From a virus (Duplodnaviria > Caudoviricetes): DNA of 52,919 bases. The position numbers and the translations under genes are program-made. The notes beneath the pieces are model-generated. The model was not told where the DNA came from, did no database searches, and saw only the letters and a program-made list of their open reading frames with translations. The stretch is from IMG/VR virus record IMGVR_UViG_3300025018_000187, positions 1 to 52,919 of that record; one strand, written 5' to 3'. The first letter of the stretch is position 1. Every line of letters begins with the position of its first letter. Positions 8,534 through 18,974 of this stretch are shown piece by piece.

Positions 8534-11374
8534 ATGGATAATTATATCTTTACGGTGACCTGTGAACGTATTAGCAAGCAAGCTAAATATCGTGTATCAT
8601 TTCCTTATAACGACCAGTTATACGGAAGAGTAACACTATTGCCTAAAGAGCAAAGAAAATATTTACAAGACTATCGTTGTTGGGAGATAACCACCAAAGG
8701 ATTGTATACATTAATTAAAATGTATAAGGGTTCAAATAAAATAAAATTTGATTTTGGTAGCGATGTAGGTAGATTAGTATTTTCAGAACAAATACGAAAA
8801 ATTGATGATGAACAAAGGGAAAAAGAAAGACTATTAAAAGAACTAATAGTAAAAAAAGAGCATTGGATAAAATTAAAAGAACATTTAGATAAAAACGGGT
8901 TAAATTATCTTGAAAAAGTACATAAAAATTTAAAAGAGGGAATAAAACTATACGATTACCAAATTGGTGGTGTATTATTTATAAATGAGGCTAGAAATGT
9001 ACTGCTTTCACACGAGATGGGTCTTGGAAAAACCATTCAAAGTATTGCGTATGTTGAAATGAATGACTTTTCAAAAGTATTTGTTATAACACCTAATTCA
9101 TTAAAATTTAATTTTTATAATGAAGTAAATAAATTCACTAACTCAAAAGCACATATAGTAAATTGGAAAAAGAATCAATATAGTATTGAAGAGGCCAAAT
9201 ATATAATAGTAAACTACGAATATTTTAACCCAAGCGATACAAGGAAAATGAATACTAAGTTCAAAAAACTTGGTATTGATGTTATTGATTGCTTGATTTG
9301 TGATGAATCGCACAAAGTTAAAAACACTAAATCAAATACGTTTAAAAATTTTAAAAGAATTTTTAATGAAAAAATATTTAGAAATGGGAATGTTAGTAAG
9401 GTATTTTTATCTGGTACTCCAATGCCTAATAGAGTGCAGGAATTATATACGGTGCTTAATCAAATATCTCCGATAGAATTTCCAACAAAAAGACATTTCT
9501 ATGAGTATTATTGTGGGATGGGTTATGACCCTGCTGCTTTTGGTGGCTGGACTACTCAACCAAATATGGCAAAGTTAGAAGAACTATATAATAACATTTC
9601 TCCATATACCCATAGGAAGCGGAAAGCAGATGTTCTAAAGGACTTACCTGATAAGATATATCAGAAGATTATACTAGAGCTAAACCCCAAGGAGCAAGCC
9701 TTATATGATGAAATAGAGGCGGGTGTTGCCAATGAGTTTATTGCCGAAGAATCTGAAAATATGTTAACTATTATGTTGCGTTTAAGACAATATACTTCTT
9801 CATTAAAAACAGCAGCAATAGTTGAGTTTATAGATAGATTACTCGAAGAAGGACAGAAGGTAGTTATAGTTGATTATTTTAAAGATTCATTGGGTGAGTT
9901 GAAAGAACACTATAAAGATATTGCTTGTCTTCATACTGGTGATTATGCTGTAGAAGACAGAGCGGAAATGGTAAGAGAATTCCAAGACTCTATGGGTAAA
10001 ATACAAATATTTTTAGGTTCAATACAAACTTGTAATTATGGTTTAACGTTAACAGCAGCTAATAGAATCTTTGTGTTGTCATTGCCATATTCGGTTGGTG
10101 AGTTTGACCAAGTAATAGATAGGTGTGTATTAAAAGGAGAGTTGGTTTTAACAAAGGAAGGATACACACCAATAGAGAATGTAAATATTGGTGATTTAGT
10201 ATATACACATAAGGGTAACTGGAAGTCTGTAATTAACACAAAAAATAAAATAGAAAAAAAGAAGGAGTTTTATGATATTAAATATCATGGTTTCCACAAA
10301 CCACTTAGATGTACTGGTGACCATAAAATCTATGTATATAATATTAATACTAATTGCTATGAATGGACAGAAGCAAAAGATTTAAATATATTTAAACATT
10401 ATATGGTTTTTTCTAAATTAAATGTTAACAACTATACGAAAAAGTTTAATGTTTTAGAACATAAAATAAATAACAAAACCCCTAATAGATTAATTAAAAT
10501 AAATAAAAATATTAGTTTAACCGATGAATTGTTGTATGTTTTTGGTAGGTTTGTTGGTGATGGTTGGGTATCTGATAATGATGTTTCTATTTGTGGTCTT
10601 ATTAAAGAATATGAGACAGTTAAAAAATGCATAAACGTTTTAAAAAGAGAATTCAATATAGATAACTATGGAGAACGATTAGAACCTAACCATAATAGGT
10701 GTAGCTGTTATGTCTATAGTAAAGAACTGACGGTTAATTTTGAAAATTGGTTTGGAAAACGTGCTGAGAACAAAAAAATACCTGATTTTATTTTTCATTT
10801 GGAAAGGGGTAAGATAAAATCTTTTTTGGATGGATATTATGGTGCTGATGGATATAAAAGAAAAAATACTCAACAAGCAAGTACAGTATCACGATTTTTA
10901 TCATACCAGTTAGTTTTATTGGAAAATATGTTAGGTAATTCATCAACATTAAAATATAATGAAATGGCAAAATGTTGGTCTTTTGAATATTCATTACAAG
11001 ATAAAATCAAAAGGAAAACACTAATGATAAACGATAATGGGAATGGTTTATATCCCATTCAAGAAATATTTAAATACAAACCAAAAAGGCAGGATGAAAG
11101 GGTTTATGATTTGGAGGTGGAAGATGATAGTTCTTTTGTTGTTGGGCTAAGTAGTGTTCATAACTGCCACAGAATAGGGCAGAAAGATGTGGTTAACGCA
11201 TATTCTTTAATATACTTAAACACAATTGATGAATATGTGTTCAATTCAATTGAGGCAAAGAGAGCACAAATTAATAAAGTAATGGATAATGAGGACTATG
11301 TTTCTAATGTATCTGAATCGGTAATGGGTGAAGTAATGAAAATGATAGGAAATAAATATGGGAAGACAAATTAG
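8534..11374 (+). CDS. SNF2-family (HARP/SMARCAL1-like) helicase containing an intein
   Basis: HEMGLGKT (I), DESH (II), LSGTP (III), GLTLTAA (V), QVIDR|CHRIGQ (VI, split by the intein); N-terminal SFPYN HARP-like segment. Confidence 0.92.
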   Translation: MDNYIFTVTCERISKQAKYRVSFPYNDQLYGRVTLLPKEQRKYLQDYRCWEITTKGLYTLIKMYKGSNKIKFDFGSDVGRLVFSEQIRKIDDEQREKERLLKELIVKKEHWIKLKEHLDKNGLNYLEKVHKNLKEGIKLYDYQIGGVLFINEARNVLLSHEMGLGKTIQSIAYVEMNDFSKVFVITPNSLKFNFYNEVNKFTNSKAHIVNWKKNQYSIEEAKYIIVNYEYFNPSDTRKMNTKFKKLGIDVIDCLICDESHKVKNTKSNTFKNFKRIFNEKIFRNGNVSKVFLSGTPMPNRVQELYTVLNQISPIEFPTKRHFYEYYCGMGYDPAAFGGWTTQPNMAKLEELYNNISPYTHRKRKADVLKDLPDKIYQKIILELNPKEQALYDEIEAGVANEFIAEESENMLTIMLRLRQYTSSLKTAAIVEFIDRLLEEGQKVVIVDYFKDSLGELKEHYKDIACLHTGDYAVEDRAEMVREFQDSMGKIQIFLGSIQTCNYGLTLTAANRIFVLSLPYSVGEFDQVIDRCVLKGELVLTKEGYTPIENVNIGDLVYTHKGNWKSVINTKNKIEKKKEFYDIKYHGFHKPLRCTGDHKIYVYNINTNCYEWTEAKDLNIFKHYMVFSKLNVNNYTKKFNVLEHKINNKTPNRLIKINKNISLTDELLYVFGRFVGDGWVSDNDVSICGLIKEYETVKKCINVLKREFNIDNYGERLEPNHNRCSCYVYSKELTVNFENWFGKRAENKKIPDFIFHLERGKIKSFLDGYYGADGYKRKNTQQASTVSRFLSYQLVLLENMLGNSSTLKYNEMAKCWSFEYSLQDKIKRKTLMINDNGNGLYPIQEIFKYKPKRQDERVYDLEVEDDSSFVVGLSSVHNCHRIGQKDVVNAYSLIYLNTIDEYVFNSIEAKRAQINKVMDNEDYVSNVSESVMGEVMKMIGNKYGKTN
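10124..11164 (+). mobile_element. Intein with LAGLIDADG homing endonuclease in helicase motif VI (347 aa)
   Basis: Starts CVLKGELVLT; block B TGDHKI; GRFVGDG and FLDGYYGADG; ends VYDLEV...VHN followed by Cys. Confidence 0.93.
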
Positions 11375-11720
11375 TTATAATGAAAACCCTTTAGGGTCTA
11401 TAGTATTAGAAGTAATGATGTTGATGAATAAGAAAGTTAAGACGGACAGCATTAAAAATCTTATAAGATTAAAATGTATTGAAACCCTTAAAGAAATTCT
11501 TTATGAACCACAACAATTGATTTACTTGGATTTTACGGTAAACTTCGATAGCTTTGGCGATAAATGTGAAATAATATCAAATAACATAGTTACAGCACTA
11601 TGGTTTTGTGGTATATTTCCAGTGTATGTTGAAGATATTATAGTTGAAAATAAATTTTATTTTGAATACGGATACTACAAATACTATGACAAAATAAAAA
11701 AATTGAAATTATTTAAATAA
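11358..11720 (+). CDS. Hypothetical protein
   Basis: 120-aa ORF overlapping the helicase stop, between helicase and polymerase. Confidence 0.7.
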   Translation: MGRQISYNENPLGSIVLEVMMLMNKKVKTDSIKNLIRLKCIETLKEILYEPQQLIYLDFTVNFDSFGDKCEIISNNIVTALWFCGIFPVYVEDIIVENKFYFEYGYYKYYDKIKKLKLFK

Positions 11721-11725
11721 TCCAC

Positions 11726-14700
11726 ATGAGTAATATAAATCAAAAAGAAATAATAATTAAGGAAATACAAAATTTCCTTGAAGGTCACAACACAGAAGTT
11801 AAATACCTTGTAAACGTAGAGGTAAGTCGTGACAAAAAAGAAGCAACTTGCTTCTTTCAAAAACCAAACGGTGAGTCGTGGATTGAAATGATACCGTTTA
11901 CTCCATTCATATATATAAAAGATTTAAAAGCAGAGGGTTATCAGTTATATGGTGGTGACAAAGGGTTACAATCATCTATGATGTTAAAATATGGTATTAG
12001 TATTACCAAAATGAAAACTGGTAATCAACCAAGATTAGAAAATGGATATAAATATAAAGTAACAACCACTGGTACTATTAACGATATATTCAATTTCTTC
12101 CAACAGGGTGGTATGTATCCATATGAAAAAAAATACGGTGCTGATGGTAATCCTATACAAGATAAGAAAAGTAGTAGGTATGCATATAGATTTATGCATT
12201 TATTTAACATACCTAAACCAGACGAACAATTCTTTATTTCCACTGGTATTAGATTATTTAAAGGTCTTGAAGAATATAAAGATGTTCATAGACTAACCTT
12301 CGATATTGAGACAACTGGTTTAAGACCTGAAATTTCACGTGTCTTTGCCATTGGTGTAAGAGATAATAGAGGTTTTGAAATTGTGTTAGAAGCTGATAAA
12401 CTGGACGATGATGATTCTGAACGTAGATTAATACAAGATTTTTTTAACATAATTAAAGTAATTGAACCTGCTGTAATTACTGGTTACAACTCTGAAAATT
12501 TTGACTTTTATTATTTATTTGGTAGAGGTAGTAAGGAATATCTTAATATTGATTGGAAGAAAATACCTACAAGTCGTAACGAAAAAATTCAGTACAGACG
12601 TAATAAAAACGCAACGTTAAAAGTAGGTAACACCAAAGAAGATTATGTTTCAACAATCATGTGGGGTTATAATGTAATTGACACACAACATGCTGCTAAA
12701 AGAACTGCTGCTGTAAACACTGATTTGAAAAACACTAAGTTAAAGTACGTGGCTAAATTCGAAGGTATTGCCAAAGAAAATCGTATGTACATAGAGGGTG
12801 ATTTTATTGGTAAAATGTGGCGTAATAATAAAATACATATAATTAACCCATTTAACAACAACTATATTCAAGTACCTGAAAAACATCAAGAAATTGCTAG
12901 TAAATTGTTATTATTGCAACAAAATAAACCCGATTTATCAGAGGTTGATTATATTACATATAGAAATGCTTTCTTAAAAGAAGATGACGAATTTGTTAAA
13001 TGGTTTAGAACAAATGTTATTCGACTATTCATTGACGATGAATCAGAAAAACCAGTTATCAATTTTATTGAGGGTAAAGACATTTTAAGAAGATATTTGC
13101 TTGACGACCTTTGGGAAACTGAACAAGTGGATAATCTTTATAATCAATCGTCATTCTTATTAGCTAAATTAGTTCCTACTAATTTTGCACGTGTATCTAC
13201 TATGGGTAATGCTGCTGTTTGGAATCTATTAATGACAGCATGGAGTTACGAAAACAATTTGGCAATACCTCAACCAGATGTTGCTGAAAACTTTTCGGGT
13301 GGTTTGGCACGTTGTTATAAAAAAGGATGGACGAACAGATTGGTCAAGATTGACTTTGCCTCGCTATATCCAATGATTCAACTTACTTGGGGTGTATTCC
13401 CAATGTTTGATATTACAGGTGTAATTGAGAAGATGCTTACATATATGACAACCATTCGTAACATCTATAAGAAACTTGCAAATGGTGATAGTTTATTAGA
13501 AGAGGAAATTTCATTAATGGAAACAATCGACCATGAAACATATGATAAATACATTAATAATTCATTTACTAATGAAGAACGTAAAATGTATAAAACCAAA
13601 CAGTTACCAATTAAGATATTGAACAACTCATTATTTGGTGCTTTGGGTTCTGCATTCGCATTTAACTGGTCTGATAATACTTGTGCAGCACGTATTACTT
13701 GTACAGGAAGAATTTATTTACGTCATGTTATTACTTGGTTTAAACAATTTGGTTGTGAGGCATTATTGGCTGTAACTGATGGTGTTAACTTTGGTATTCC
13801 AGATTATACAAATCTAATAGTTACCGAAGAAGGTGTTACAAAGGTTAGGGGTATGGTTAAAATAGAAGAAGCATGGAAATATAATGGTAAGATTGGTGTA
13901 TCAGCATTAATCGAGAAGTTTAATATTGAAATAGAAACCAAACATGAAGAAGAATCTGTAACGTATGATAGTCCTATCTATATATTAGACAGTAATAATG
14001 AAATAGATATAATACCTATTTGTGAAATGTTTAATGATAATTCAGATGATTTGGATTTAACAAAAGAAAGAGATTTCTCAGAAAAAAATTATAAGGTATT
14101 AACAAAAAGTGGTTGGTCTAAAGTTAATTATGTTTTTAAACATAAAACAAACAAAGCTATTCATAGAATAGAAACAAAAGACAGATTAATAAATGTTACT
14201 GAGGACCATTCGATTTTTCAAAACAATATTGAGATAAAACCAAAAAACATAAAAAAATATGATAATATTGATGTTGTTAATATACCTAAATTTAGTGGTA
14301 ATGTTAGTGTAGATATTGAAGAGGCTTGGTTGTTTGGGTTTTTCTTTGCTGATGGAAGTTCTGTATTTTCAAAAAGAAATAACATTAAATTAAAATCAGG
14401 GAAAGAAAGTAATTTAATTAGAAAATCTTGGAAAATTTCAAATACTGATGTTGAATTACTCAAACAAGCTAAAAATATTTTAGAAAAAAAATATAAAGTT
14501 CATTCCAAAATAAAATCAAGAAAAGAAAGTCAAAGAAAATCAAACAATGTTAAAGAATTATTTGAACTCACCTGCTTTGATAGTGAGTTGTCAAAAAAAT
14601 ATTCAAACATATTTTATACTACATATAGAGAAAAAAGAATACCAAAAACTATTTTAAATTCGGGTGATGATATAAAAAGAGCGTTTTTAAGGGGTTCGTT

Positions 14701-16573
14701 TGATGGCGATGGATATTATTTGTCTCTTTTTGATGTTGATGGGTTTGGTAATAAGACATATATAGGAATGGCAGGAATTGCTTACTTATTAAATAGCATT
14801 GATGTTGAATTTCGAGTATCAACAAGAAAAGACAAAGAAAGTTTTATTAATTTTAGATTTGATAAAGAATATAATGAAAAATATAGAAATTTTATATCGT
14901 CTAATATAAAAACAAATATTGTATCAAATAATAAAATAATTAATAAATATCAAAATACGTATGTATATGATATTTCAACAGAAGATGAAACATTTGTTTC
15001 TGGAATTGGGGGTATATTATGTCATAATACATCTACAAAGTGTTTCATTTCTGTCGATAACGATGGTGAGTTTTTAGCTTGTCTTAACCTTTCAAGAATT
15101 AACTATGCTTTGCTTATTGAAGATAAAGATAAGAAAACAGGTAAAATAAAAAATAAGGTTAAACTTACTGGTAATACAATTAAATCTAAAACCATGTCTG
15201 AATACATTGAAGACTTCATTGAAAAGGGGTTTGAATTAATTTTGAATGGTAAAGGTGCTGAATTCGTAGAATATTACTATCAATATGCCGAAGATATTTA
15301 CTATATGCAAATACCGTTGAAAAAAATGGCTTCTAAAAATAAAATGAAAAGAACCATTAAACAATATTTGAATCGTGGTAAGGATAAAACTGGTAAGCAA
15401 AAAGCAAGTCAAGCACATATGGAACTCATAGTTGCTGACCGTCTTACAAAAGCTAGAGAAATTTTTAAACAAAAGTTTGATGAATTACTTGCATCAGATA
15501 AGATTAAGAAGAAAGATATTGAAAAATATTCTGAGGTTGAAATATTAACTGCTGTTGATGTATGGATGCCACCAGAACCTGAATTAGATTCGATGTTGTA
15601 TCATATTAACATAGGTGAACGTAAATCACACGGTGATGTTAAGAAAGACCCAATAACTGGTGAAATGATATTCAGAGCAAAATTGATTGACATTAAAGAT
15701 TTAGAAGAAAATCCTGATTTGAAGGGTAATTATAATGTTGAAAAATATCTTGATGCTTTTAACACACGTGTTAAAGTACTTTTGGATGGTTTTGATGTGG
15801 ATGTACAAAAAAATATTTTAGTTAAAATTGTTGTTAAAACAACCGAAGATGCTTCTGGTAAGAAAATTAAAATCAGAGAATTGAAGAAGGAAACATTCAC
15901 AAAAGAACAAATGCAATTGAGAAATTTCGATTTAGATGATTTTGATGAATCAATGCATTTAGAAAGAAAAGAAATTATCTTTTGGAATAGATATGGTTAT
16001 GACCCATATATGGTTTGGAATGGTTTTAAAACCGTTGATGATGAAAAACATGGAATATTAACACCTGAAATATATAATAATGCATTAAAATATCTTTCAG
16101 ACCAAATGGAAAAATCTGGAAAACCTAGATTAAAATCTGTTAATGATAAATATGGTAAGGGTGATTATGTTTTATTTAAAAATGCTAACATTACCAAAAC
16201 ATATCGAGAAATAACTAATCATATATTTAGTATTGGCTATCATAATGGTGAACATATTGAAATATTACGTGAAAATGTATCAGTTCCAAAATCACAAAGT
16301 GAAATAGAAATGGAGGTTAAATTAGAAAAACTTAGAGTACAGGATAGTGATTTGTTAGATGATAAACAAAAAGAATATCTTAATGCAAAAGAAGAAAGAA
16401 AACAATTATTCACTGCTTTTAAAAAGAAATGGGGTATTCCTGATGAATATACAGAAGAAAGATTGTATAACGAAGCACCCAAGTCTAAATTAGCTTTTGA
16501 TGATTTTGTGACAGAGCATTCGAATGTGGTGGAAGATGTAGAATATTTGAATATAGATGATGGGGATTTTTAA
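11726..16573 (+). CDS. Family B DNA polymerase with 3'-5' exonuclease, containing an intein
   Basis: ExoI FDIETTG, ExoII GYNSENFD, ExoIII YLLDD; motif A IDFASLYP; motif B KILNNSLFG; motif C AVTDG. Confidence 0.93.
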   Translation: MSNINQKEIIIKEIQNFLEGHNTEVKYLVNVEVSRDKKEATCFFQKPNGESWIEMIPFTPFIYIKDLKAEGYQLYGGDKGLQSSMMLKYGISITKMKTGNQPRLENGYKYKVTTTGTINDIFNFFQQGGMYPYEKKYGADGNPIQDKKSSRYAYRFMHLFNIPKPDEQFFISTGIRLFKGLEEYKDVHRLTFDIETTGLRPEISRVFAIGVRDNRGFEIVLEADKLDDDDSERRLIQDFFNIIKVIEPAVITGYNSENFDFYYLFGRGSKEYLNIDWKKIPTSRNEKIQYRRNKNATLKVGNTKEDYVSTIMWGYNVIDTQHAAKRTAAVNTDLKNTKLKYVAKFEGIAKENRMYIEGDFIGKMWRNNKIHIINPFNNNYIQVPEKHQEIASKLLLLQQNKPDLSEVDYITYRNAFLKEDDEFVKWFRTNVIRLFIDDESEKPVINFIEGKDILRRYLLDDLWETEQVDNLYNQSSFLLAKLVPTNFARVSTMGNAAVWNLLMTAWSYENNLAIPQPDVAENFSGGLARCYKKGWTNRLVKIDFASLYPMIQLTWGVFPMFDITGVIEKMLTYMTTIRNIYKKLANGDSLLEEEISLMETIDHETYDKYINNSFTNEERKMYKTKQLPIKILNNSLFGALGSAFAFNWSDNTCAARITCTGRIYLRHVITWFKQFGCEALLAVTDGVNFGIPDYTNLIVTEEGVTKVRGMVKIEEAWKYNGKIGVSALIEKFNIEIETKHEEESVTYDSPIYILDSNNEIDIIPICEMFNDNSDDLDLTKERDFSEKNYKVLTKSGWSKVNYVFKHKTNKAIHRIETKDRLINVTEDHSIFQNNIEIKPKNIKKYDNIDVVNIPKFSGNVSVDIEEAWLFGFFFADGSSVFSKRNNIKLKSGKESNLIRKSWKISNTDVELLKQAKNILEKKYKVHSKIKSRKESQRKSNNVKELFELTCFDSELSKKYSNIFYTTYREKRIPKTILNSGDDIKRAFLRGSFDGDGYYLSLFDVDGFGNKTYIGMAGIAYLLNSIDVEFRVSTRKDKESFINFRFDKEYNEKYRNFISSNIKTNIVSNNKIINKYQNTYVYDISTEDETFVSGIGGILCHNTSTKCFISVDNDGEFLACLNLSRINYALLIEDKDKKTGKIKNKVKLTGNTIKSKTMSEYIEDFIEKGFELILNGKGAEFVEYYYQYAEDIYYMQIPLKKMASKNKMKRTIKQYLNRGKDKTGKQKASQAHMELIVADRLTKAREIFKQKFDELLASDKIKKKDIEKYSEVEILTAVDVWMPPEPELDSMLYHINIGERKSHGDVKKDPITGEMIFRAKLIDIKDLEENPDLKGNYNVEKYLDAFNTRVKVLLDGFDVDVQKNILVKIVVKTTEDASGKKIKIRELKKETFTKEQMQLRNFDLDDFDESMHLERKEIIFWNRYGYDPYMVWNGFKTVDDEKHGILTPEIYNNALKYLSDQMEKSGKPRLKSVNDKYGKGDYVLFKNANITKTYREITNHIFSIGYHNGEHIEILRENVSVPKSQSEIEMEVKLEKLRVQDSDLLDDKQKEYLNAKEERKQLFTAFKKKWGIPDEYTEERLYNEAPKSKLAFDDFVTEHSNVVEDVEYLNIDDGDF
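13955..15028 (+). mobile_element. Intein with LAGLIDADG endonuclease in DNA polymerase (358 aa)
   Basis: Starts SVTYDSPIYI; block B VTEDHSI; LFGFFFADG and FLRGSFDGDG; ends YVYDIST...LCHN followed by Thr. Confidence 0.9.
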
Positions 16574-16587
16574 AATCCCCATTTTTT
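16560..16587 (+). terminator. Intrinsic terminator overlapping the polymerase stop codon
   Basis: ATGGGGATTTT-T-AAAATCCCCAT inverted repeat followed by a T run. Confidence 0.8.
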
Positions 16588-16591
16588 ATAG

Positions 16592-16599
16592 TATTTATA
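16592..16599 (+). promoter_or_regulatory. (G)TATTTATA putative phage promoter
   Basis: AGTATTTATA directly after the terminator, ending 15 nt before ATG 16615. Confidence 0.6.
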
Positions 16600-16614
16600 T
16601 AAAAAAGTATAATT

Positions 16615-17130
16615 ATGAATATTACTAAAAAGAAAATACAAGAAATAATTGACGATGATGGTAATATTATTGGTACTGATGATTTACCACAAACAGGTGG
16701 AAACAAAGAATCAGAAGCAAGTCATACCACAGATTATAACGTAGCAGTTCATGGACAAAATTTTAAGAACGATTTTCTCGGAAGATTTGGTTTTTATTTT
16801 TATGAAGCAGAACAAAAAGAAATACCACCAGTGGTTCTTGAATTAATGGATGAATTGGGTTCAGAAGAATTAGCATGGAAAGTAATGAATGTTATTAAAC
16901 CACATCTTGAAGCTACATTAGATGAAATGCAAATTGGTGAAGGGATTGTATCTGAATCTAAGGTTGTTGAAGATAAAATAACCAAGAAAAAAACAGATAA
17001 TACAATAGTCAAGAAAAATAAAAAAGATATGACTCAGAGAATGGAAAAGGTTGCTGATTTATTGTCAAAACTACCGTCTAATGATTTGGGCAAGCTAATG
17101 GATTTACTTGAAGTAAAGAAGAAAAAATGA
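16615..17130 (+). CDS. Hypothetical protein, possibly head-internal
   Basis: 171 aa, acidic then basic; several hydrophobic-x-E motifs (FYE, LDE, IGE, VSE, VVE). Confidence 0.7.
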   Translation: MNITKKKIQEIIDDDGNIIGTDDLPQTGGNKESEASHTTDYNVAVHGQNFKNDFLGRFGFYFYEAEQKEIPPVVLELMDELGSEELAWKVMNVIKPHLEATLDEMQIGEGIVSESKVVEDKITKKKTDNTIVKKNKKDMTQRMEKVADLLSKLPSNDLGKLMDLLEVKKKK

Positions 17131-18974
17131 CAAAAATATGTGGTTTAATTGGTTTCATTGAAAAAGCAAAGAAAATTAATGGTGATAAATACGATTACTC
17201 ATTGGTTGAATATGTTAATAATCACACAAAAATAAAAATAATTTGTCCTGAGCATGGTGTTTTTGAACAGACACCGGGAAATCATATAAACCGTAAATCT
17301 GGTTGTCCTAATTGTAAAAACACATTAACAACCATTGATTTTATAGAAAAGGCTAAGAAAATACATGGTGATAAATATGATTATTCTTTAGTTAAATATG
17401 TTGACACTAAAACCAAAGTAAAAATAATTTGTCCTAACCATGGTATTTTTGAACAGACACCGATGGGGCATTATAACTCTGGATGTGTTAAATGTTCATA
17501 TGAAAAAAGAAGTAATAACAATAAACTAACAACCATTGATTTTATAGAAAAGGCTAAGAAAATACATGGTGATAAATATGATTATTCTAAAACAAAATAT
17601 TATGGTAATAATTTATCATTAAAAATAATATGCCAAATTCATGGAGAGTTTGAACAAGAAGCCAATAGCCATTTACAAGGAGCAGGGTGTAAAAAATGTG
17701 GAATTGAACTAAGAAGTAAAAATAGAAAGTATAATAATCCCCAATATATTATAAAAGCAAAAAGAATACATGGTGACAAGTATGATTATTCAAAAACTAA
17801 ATATTTAGATTCAAATACAAAAATAAATATTGGTTGTTTAAAACATGGGTATTTTATGCAAACACCGAGTGACCATTTATTAGGAACTGGATGTCCAAAA
17901 TGTAAAAATGATTCATTGTCATTGGGATTAGAAACTTTTGTTTTACGGGCAAACGAAAAACACAATAATAAATATGATTACTCATTAGTTAAATACGTTA
18001 ATTCCTATAGTAATGTAATAATTACTTGTCCAGAACATGGAAAGTTTGAACAAACACCACATTCTCACTTAAAGGGGTATGGTTGCATGAATTGTGGTAA
18101 ATTTATATCTATTTCTGAAAGAGAAATTTTTTGTTTTATTGAAAATGAACTTAAAATAACTAATATAATAAAAAATGATAGAACAATTCTAAATGGAAAA
18201 GAATTAGATATGTATTTTCCTGAGCATAACTTAGCAATCGAATTTAATGGGTTGTATTGGCATTCAGAACTATTTAAAGATAAAAATTATCATCTTAATA
18301 AAACGGAAGAATGTAAAAAACAAGGAATAAATTTAATTCATATTTTTGAAGATGAATGGATACATAAACAAATGATTGTTAAATCCATGTTAAGAAATAA
18401 ATTTGGATTAAATATAAATAAAATTTATGGTAGAAAAACAATTATTAAAGAAATTAACGATAATGACTTAATACGAAATTTTCTTGATAATAATCACATA
18501 CAAGGATATGTTGGGTCAAAATATAAAATTGGTTTGTTTTATGAAAATGAATTGATTTCACTAATGACTTTTACCAAATCACGCAAAACAATAAGTAATA
18601 ATGAATTATCTTATGAATTAAATAGATATTGTAATAAATTAAACACAAGTGTTATTGGTGGAGCGTCTAAGTTATTTAACTTTTTTATTTTAAATTTTAA
18701 TTATGGTGAAGTGGTAAGTTTTGCCGATAGAAGATATTCAAATGGTGAACTATATTTAACTTTAAAGTTTAAGAAAACAAAAACAAATAAACCGAGTTAT
18801 TCATATTTTAATAAAAATGGGACTAAAAGATATCACAGGTTTGGATTTAGAAAAGATAATTTAAAAAAAATGGGAAAAGATATAATTAATAAAAATGAAC
18901 ATGAAATAATGTTGGATATGGGATATTTTCGTATTTATGATTGTGGAACAATAAAATATATTTATAATGAATAG
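17127..18974 (+). CDS. Hef-like homing endonuclease: 5 Zn repeats, PD-(D/E)XK domain and C-terminal GNAT/Mom-like domain
   Basis: Five KYDYS repeats; ELDMY...AIEFNGLYWHS nuclease; FLDNNHIQG...ELNRYC...GGASKL...SFADRRYS.G..Y...IYDCG tail. 62-bp exact internal repeat at 17326-17387 and 17527-17588. Confidence 0.75.
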   Translation: MTKICGLIGFIEKAKKINGDKYDYSLVEYVNNHTKIKIICPEHGVFEQTPGNHINRKSGCPNCKNTLTTIDFIEKAKKIHGDKYDYSLVKYVDTKTKVKIICPNHGIFEQTPMGHYNSGCVKCSYEKRSNNNKLTTIDFIEKAKKIHGDKYDYSKTKYYGNNLSLKIICQIHGEFEQEANSHLQGAGCKKCGIELRSKNRKYNNPQYIIKAKRIHGDKYDYSKTKYLDSNTKINIGCLKHGYFMQTPSDHLLGTGCPKCKNDSLSLGLETFVLRANEKHNNKYDYSLVKYVNSYSNVIITCPEHGKFEQTPHSHLKGYGCMNCGKFISISEREIFCFIENELKITNIIKNDRTILNGKELDMYFPEHNLAIEFNGLYWHSELFKDKNYHLNKTEECKKQGINLIHIFEDEWIHKQMIVKSMLRNKFGLNINKIYGRKTIIKEINDNDLIRNFLDNNHIQGYVGSKYKIGLFYENELISLMTFTKSRKTISNNELSYELNRYCNKLNTSVIGGASKLFNFFILNFNYGEVVSFADRRYSNGELYLTLKFKKTKTNKPSYSYFNKNGTKRYHRFGFRKDNLKKMGKDIINKNEHEIMLDMGYFRIYDCGTIKYIYNE

